Assembly (NCBI GenBank): GCA_019057385.1
Contig: JAHQJS010000004.1
Location: 1,012,727-1,076,726, forward strand
DNA from: Candidatus Borrarchaeum weybense
Lineage (GTDB): Archaea; Asgardarchaeota; Sifarchaeia; Borrarchaeales; Borrarchaeaceae
Direction: 5' to 3'
DNA: 64,000 bases
Every line of letters begins with the position of its first letter. Position 1 is the stretch's first letter. Both the position numbers and the translations under genes were made by a program. This document shows, in pieces, positions 59,112 to 64,000 of this stretch. The notes beneath the pieces are model-generated. The model made no database searches, was not told where the DNA came from, and saw nothing but the letters and a program-made list of their open reading frames with translations.

Positions 59112-59271
59112 GATCTCCTTCTTTTAATTAAGTCTTATACTTTGAAGTTATAAGGTCATTTGTAATTATGAAATCTAGAACACATGTTCCAATAGACACA
59201 CTTTATCTTGTGTAAAAAGGCTTTGGCTTTCATCCCCCCACCTGTAGGAAGAGGACTTCCAGACGATATAG

Positions 59272-60135
59272 TTAAATGGGAATTCCAAGCCAAGCAAAGA
59301 CCCCAATCAATCGTAAGCCTACATAGATATATAGGATTGCAAGTAAAATTTTGAGTTGCTTTGGCTGTATCCTATGAGTCATTGAGGCACCTAATTGGGC
59401 AGTTATAACACTGGTAGATGCGAGGGTTAAAAATGCAATTAAGTTAAACCAGCCGAAGCTATACGGAGGATATGCTGCAGTCTGTTGTAGAGATCCTAAA
59501 ATGCCAAAAGATACGGCACCCACAGAAGAGCCTATCACCATAGTACTTATCGAAATAAGGACTGCCGTATGTATGGGAATCTCAAGTAACGTATTTAGTA
59601 CCGGCATATAAACAAGGCCACCTCCAATGCCCATGAAATGGGCGACACCTCCAGATCCGAGTCCCCCTGCAACATATTTTTCTTTGTTTAACTCTTTTAA
59701 TTCCGCAACCTGTTTTGGTCTAGCCGTCATAAATCGATATGCCCCTATTATACATGCAATTCCGAAGAGTATTTTTAAAAGATAACCTGGGGCGAAGTAT
59801 GCTCCAACACTTCCAATAACAGATCCAATCCCGACAGGGATTGCATAGTATAAGTAATGTTGTTTCGGAAATGAAATTTTTTTGCTATGTTTCCAAGCAC
59901 CACTAAATGCTGTCGGCACTACTACTGCCATATTGGTTCCAAATGCGATTTTTACTGCAATATCAAGAGGCACGCCCATAAGTTCATTAAAACAAAAGAT
60001 CATCACAGGCACCATAATAAAACAGCCACCAACTCCAAAAAAAGCGCTTACAAATCCAACTAAAGCGCCAGCGATAAGTAAAAACGCAATAATTTCCGGT
60101 GTAAAAATTGCTGCCATATTTCTCACCAAATTCAA
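59272..60135 (-). CDS. TauE/SafE sulfite/sulfur-compound exporter
   Basis: FFGVGGCFIMVP, GIGGGLVYMP, AFGTN. Confidence 0.9.
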   Translation of the reverse strand: MNLVRNMAAIFTPEIIAFLLIAGALVGFVSAFFGVGGCFIMVPVMIFCFNELMGVPLDIAVKIAFGTNMAVVVPTAFSGAWKHSKKISFPKQHYLYYAIPVGIGSVIGSVGAYFAPGYLLKILFGIACIIGAYRFMTARPKQVAELKELNKEKYVAGGLGSGGVAHFMGIGGGLVYMPVLNTLLEIPIHTAVLISISTMVIGSSVGAVSFGILGSLQQTAAYPPYSFGWFNLIAFLTLASTSVITAQLGASMTHRIQPKQLKILLAILYIYVGLRLIGVFAWLGIPI

Positions 60136-60260
60136 CTTTTAATCCGATGGGAAGATTTTCAAATAGATTAGTATATCGAAATATATGCATTTAACAGTTA
60201 CAATACTAATATAATTATATGTTTTCGGTTACAGATTGTAATATGTCTAACAATGGCAAA

Positions 60261-60824
60261 TCACTTTCGATGTTGTAACCTTTTTATCATCATTATCATG
60301 GATTTTGCTAGATATCTTGCACTTTTGATAGCGTGAATATCACTCGTGATCTCTCCTTTGCTAAATGCGAACCCTACGACACCTCTGTAGCTTACAGTGA
60401 TTTCATGTTTTAGAAAAAAAGAGTGGATAGCTTGAATTGCAGTTTCGTGTCCAAATCGTCTTCCTACAACAACACACCCGCCTACTTTTCCCTTTAGTTT
60501 TCTTCGCATGCACCACGTTCTATCTATAAATATTTTAGTCTGTGCTGTTACGTTGTTAAAATAGACGGGGGAAGCTATCAGAATCCCATCAGACGCAAGC
60601 AGTTTTGGATAGATTTCTTCCATTTCATCCTTAATAGCACATTTTCCATTTTCTACACATATCCAACAACTATCACACGGATGGATTTTAAATTCTGACA
60701 ATCTAATAAGATCAACATTGGCTCCAAGTTTTTCTGCAGTTTTTAAAAATACATCAACTAAGTATTCTGTATTTCCTTCCTTTCTTGGGCTTCCAGAAAT
60801 TGCTAGAATTTGCAAATATGTCAC
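60261..60824 (-). CDS. Iron-sulfur flavoprotein / multimeric flavodoxin
   Basis: GSPRKEGNT, CDSCWIC....C, ASPVYF, KIFIDR. Confidence 0.92.
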   Translation of the reverse strand: MTYLQILAISGSPRKEGNTEYLVDVFLKTAEKLGANVDLIRLSEFKIHPCDSCWICVENGKCAIKDEMEEIYPKLLASDGILIASPVYFNNVTAQTKIFIDRTWCMRRKLKGKVGGCVVVGRRFGHETAIQAIHSFFLKHEITVSYRGVVGFAFSKGEITSDIHAIKSARYLAKSMIMMIKRLQHRK

Positions 60825-60868
60825 CTAAAGCTTTCTAACATGTTAAGTAGTTGTAAGGCACAATATTG

Positions 60869-61633
60869 TTATTCCCTTTCTAAAGTTCTTTTTTGTGCTG
60901 CTAATGCTGCTACAAAAAGAAAGATAGTAAAACATAGAAGAATCACTACATTTATAGTCCAGTTATGTCCTACGTACCCCTCAAATGCACATCTATTTAA
61001 GTTGTGCGTATAGGTAAGTGGTGAAAGTGCTGCAATTATTTGTCCCCAGACCGGTAACTGTTCAAGAGGGATAAAAACCCCACTGATGAAGATGAGGGGC
61101 AAGCGTACTAAATTTGCTAAAGTCATAATTTCAGATGGCGTATCTGTAGGAAGGGCTGAGAATAGAGTACCAAGTGAAGCAAAACAAAATGCAGACAAAG
61201 GTATGCTGATTATCAAAGCATTTACGCTGATTATACTCGCTCCAAATAAAAGAACTCCGAGAATTATGGGAATTATTACTAAAAATGTGCCAAATAATAA
61301 GCCCGATAAAATATCGCCGATGAGGACCGAATGCAACGAAATCGGCGTAGAAATCAATCGTTCAAAGGTTTTCGTTCGTCGTTCCCATGGCGCTATGACC
61401 GGTGTCACAGAAGAGGATGTAAAGAATATCGTAAGAGAGATCATACCAGGAACAAGAGCTTGTGGCGGGAGGTTTCTTCCTACGGAAAATGCAAGAAATA
61501 GGAAAAATGGGAAAAGAATTCCAAAAATAAGAACCGGGCCTTTTAAATAATATATGCGTACATCCTTTTTAGCTATGGCGTATATCCCTTGCAATTCTCT
61601 TCTAAGATCAACTTTCATAAACTTTGCCTTCAT
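60869..61633 (-). CDS. ABC-2 type transporter permease
   Basis: PWERRTKTFERL..TP, LPLIFISGVFIP, SPLTY. Confidence 0.9.
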   Translation of the reverse strand: MKAKFMKVDLRRELQGIYAIAKKDVRIYYLKGPVLIFGILFPFFLFLAFSVGRNLPPQALVPGMISLTIFFTSSSVTPVIAPWERRTKTFERLISTPISLHSVLIGDILSGLLFGTFLVIIPIILGVLLFGASIISVNALIISIPLSAFCFASLGTLFSALPTDTPSEIMTLANLVRLPLIFISGVFIPLEQLPVWGQIIAALSPLTYTHNLNRCAFEGYVGHNWTINVVILLCFTIFLFVAALAAQKRTLERE

Positions 61634-62568
61634 TTACGATTTGTTTTAGAGGTAAACCTAACAAAAACATCTTCCAATGAAGGTGCGAGCGTGTTTATCG
61701 TAATAAATTGGAGATTATTGCTAGTTGCATATGAATGGAGTTCACGAAGCACTGGGTCTATCTTGGAGGTATATAACCTGAATTTATCGCCAAGCTTTCT
61801 TACTTCGATAACACCCTTAATTGTTTCTAGATCTACTTTCATGTGATTAGAAGACTTGTTAAACGCTACTTCGATAGACTGGGCACTTTGGATTGCTTTC
61901 TTTAAGTGCTCTGGCTTATCTATAGCAATTATTTTTCCATGGTTTATTATAGCTACTCTGTCACACAATTGATTCGCTTCTTCGATGTTATGAGTCGTTA
62001 AAAAAACTGTTGTTCCCTTTTTATTAAACTCTCGAATCAAGTCTCTTATAATACGTGTACTATGAACATCTAGTCCAGATGTTGGCTCGTCAAGAAAAAG
62101 AATTTTAGGGTCGTTTAGCAGCGCCATAGCTAGTATTACACGGCGTTTTAGACCTTTAGACAATGCCTTAAATTTTGTGTGGATCTTCTCGGATAGCTCT
62201 AGTAATTCTAAGAAATTTTGCGCCTTCGATTCTCTTACAGCCTTAGGAACACCGTAGAGTTCTCCCATTAACATCAAATTGTCCCATGTCGAGAGTTCTA
62301 CATATCCATTTGAAATCTCTGGCACGATACCCATAAGTTCCTTAGCAGAAGCTGTTTCTTTTTGAATGTCATATCCGTAGATCCGCGCGGAGCCTTCACT
62401 GGGCTTTGAAATTCCGATCAGCATTTTCACAGTTGTCGTTTTTCCTGCGCCATTTGGTCCAAGAAATCCAAATATTTCTCCTTGTTCAACTTCAAAATTG
62501 ATATGATCCACCGCTAGGAGCTCGCCATAATATTTTGTAAATTGTTCTACTTCAATAGCTATACTCAA
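61630..62568 (-). CDS. ABC transporter ATP-binding protein (DrrA-like)
   Basis: GPNGAGKTT, LSKG, LFLDEPTSGLD, TTH, SLEDVF. Confidence 0.95.
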   Translation of the reverse strand: MSIAIEVEQFTKYYGELLAVDHINFEVEQGEIFGFLGPNGAGKTTTVKMLIGISKPSEGSARIYGYDIQKETASAKELMGIVPEISNGYVELSTWDNLMLMGELYGVPKAVRESKAQNFLELLELSEKIHTKFKALSKGLKRRVILAMALLNDPKILFLDEPTSGLDVHSTRIIRDLIREFNKKGTTVFLTTHNIEEANQLCDRVAIINHGKIIAIDKPEHLKKAIQSAQSIEVAFNKSSNHMKVDLETIKGVIEVRKLGDKFRLYTSKIDPVLRELHSYATSNNLQFITINTLAPSLEDVFVRFTSKTNRK

Positions 62569-62701
62569 AGAAAGATACCCCCAAAAATCTGATTGTTACT
62601 CTGCGATATATAAATCTCATAGAAAGAGGTACGGAATGAACTTTCCAAAGATAAAGTAACATAAAAAAAGAAAGTAACGCTTAGAGTGCTTTAACTTTAT
62701 C

Positions 62702-62739
62702 GGCGGGAAGTCTCCTTCCGTCAGAGTGGGGTAGTTCAC
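62702..62739 (+). mobile_element. Possible relic IS200/IS605-family end
   Basis: GGGAAGTCTCCTTCCGTCAGAGTGGGGTAGTTCAC resembles the GAAGCCCC...GGGGTAGTTCAC end motif; no transposase nearby. Confidence 0.35.
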
Positions 62740-62852
62740 TGAATAATTAATACCTTAAAATTAAGTTGATTTGTAGCCACTTAAGAGTATAGATGAACTT
62801 GATGGATGACAAGGAAGTTAAAGGATAAAATTAAAAAACAAAAGAAATCTTT

Positions 62853-63482
62853 CTAAGGTGAATCGTTCCTAGGTTCTTTTTCTTCTTCTTTTTCTTCTTC
62901 TAAACAGAAATCAAGGCTTCCCTTATAAGCTGATGTAGCAGGGCATCCTAAACAATGCTCCAATTCATATTCTTCACATTCATAGCAGTTAAGATCACAG
63001 GGTGTCACACCATTGTGTTTCAATTTAAAGTTTACAGGGAAATATGGGGGGCTGACTAACCGACCAACACTGAGAACACTAACATTTCGAATACCATGAG
63101 GCGAACGAAGAATGCATGTACGGAGTATAGTTTCAAGTTGATGTTTATCCTCTGCAAATACCGTCGCAATGAGATCAAATTGCCCTAAGACTGTACTCAT
63201 TTGAATTATCCGCGGACATTCCTTGAACCGATTTATTAGTTCCCGGGTGCTTGCAGCACCATCTGTTTGAATCAGAAGATATACAACTTCTATATTAAGT
63301 TCCAAAATGTTGATTAGCACGCCCATTTTTATTATATTATTTTCACAAAGATTGACAAGCCTATTTCTGATTGCTACATGAGATAAATCAAGCTTCCTAC
63401 CTATCTCTGATAAAGTTGTGCGTGCATCCTTTCCAAGCCAGCCTATAATCTGTTGATCTATCCCGTCTATTTTTTGATCCAT
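62853..63482 (-). CDS. Lrp/AsnC regulator with Cys-rich C-terminal extension
   Basis: DARTTLSEIG..LSHVAIRNR, GQFDL, PCDLNCYEC....HCLGCP. Confidence 0.9.
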   Translation of the reverse strand: MDQKIDGIDQQIIGWLGKDARTTLSEIGRKLDLSHVAIRNRLVNLCENNIIKMGVLINILELNIEVVYLLIQTDGAASTRELINRFKECPRIIQMSTVLGQFDLIATVFAEDKHQLETILRTCILRSPHGIRNVSVLSVGRLVSPPYFPVNFKLKHNGVTPCDLNCYECEEYELEHCLGCPATSAYKGSLDFCLEEEKEEEKEPRNDSP

Positions 63483-63607
63483 GAGCCAGAAGCCCCCGTG
63501 TGTTTATTTCAAATTGAAAGTTTCAAAATGGAATGAATGAAGTTGTTGTTATTACACAATGAATCGTTTGCCCTAAAAAAGTTATCTTTTTGAAACTTTA
63601 TATTTTT

Positions 63608-63648
63608 GTAACAAAAAAAGTTGATTGTCGTAACAAAAGAAGTTGATT
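63608..63648. repeat. 19-bp direct repeat, period 22, upstream of the Lrp gene
   Basis: GTAACAAAAAAAGTTGATT / GTAACAAAAGAAGTTGATT. Confidence 0.6.
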
Positions 63649-64000
63649 TAAATCTAAATTAATTTTTTAATTTTTTTGAATGTCATTGTACTGACCTCTG
63701 TGTATTTATCTGCTTTTTAGGATTTAAATTCAACTTTTGTGTGAATGACTATTGCATAGAGAGAAGGATTGGTTGAAAGTAATGTTGAAAAAGACTCTCT
63801 GGCAATGGTCTCGAAGGATCGCCATTCTTTTAATGATGTTGTTTTCTTCCTGTGAATTTCTACTGTGAAATATTTAGTAATTCCTAAATTCAATTTGTAA
63901 CCAAAATCTTAAATATAAGATATTTTTTTTAAGTATAATCGCTTAATTAGTTACAATTTTATAATAGTAACTTCTTCACTTTGTAAGTCACATAATAAAA

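Noticed and set aside
103-61846. Numerous antisense or overlapping ORFs in the track (for example 4690-5274, 12380-12748, 50040-50600, 52364-52963, 61086-61550)
   Set aside because: Shadow frames of well-supported genes on the opposite strand or in another frame
1-64000. tRNA, rRNA, integrase or provirus
   Set aside because: No cloverleaf or T-loop signature, rRNA-like GC-rich tract, integrase or capsid motif was seen by eye; tRNAscan-SE and Infernal would be needed to exclude them fully

Overview
AT-rich archaeal chromosomal window (many TTG/GTG starts, GGAGGTGA-type SD sites, TATA-like promoters). It is probably from an Asgard archaeon (inference): it encodes a longin-like protein, a putative single-domain gelsolin-like protein, an SDS22-type LRR protein, a GTPBP1-family GTPase and a eukaryote-type eL41-like relic. 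Left to right: a partial PLP decarboxylase; histidine genes (hisD, hisG, hisC, then hisB, hisH, hisA) interrupted by a Feo iron-uptake cassette with a split feoB; an accessory/conflict-like island at about 13.4-22.2 kb (HNH, pseudogenes, wHTH, 5'-disrupted TPR-nitrilase, vWA plus a RavA-like MoxR ATPase with two C2H2 zinc fingers); metabolic genes (GTPBP1, acdA, paaK, TPR, sfsA, URO-D family, AmiS/UreI, VIT1, CofD-like); a glucosylglycerate-type compatible-solute cluster; a large metal/Fe-S cluster with five NifB/NifX domains, several DUF5320 proteins, two ferredoxin-inserted MinD ATPases, a radical SAM enzyme, a CDF transporter, DtxR and DUF134; split MgtE; an ArsP-like permease/three-thioredoxin/two-DGC/orphan GcvH operon; TauE, flavoprotein, ABC transporter and Lrp. 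The clearest unannotated signal is regulatory. A 14-bp TTAGG-N4-CCTAA box and a 14-bp TGTGC-N4-GCACA box recur with a fixed 25-bp phase, linking the Feo cassette, the DtxR gene and the NifX/MinD-ferredoxin operon into one inferred metal regulon. I found no tRNA, rRNA, CRISPR array or intact transposase. All calls come from reading motifs by eye, with no database search.
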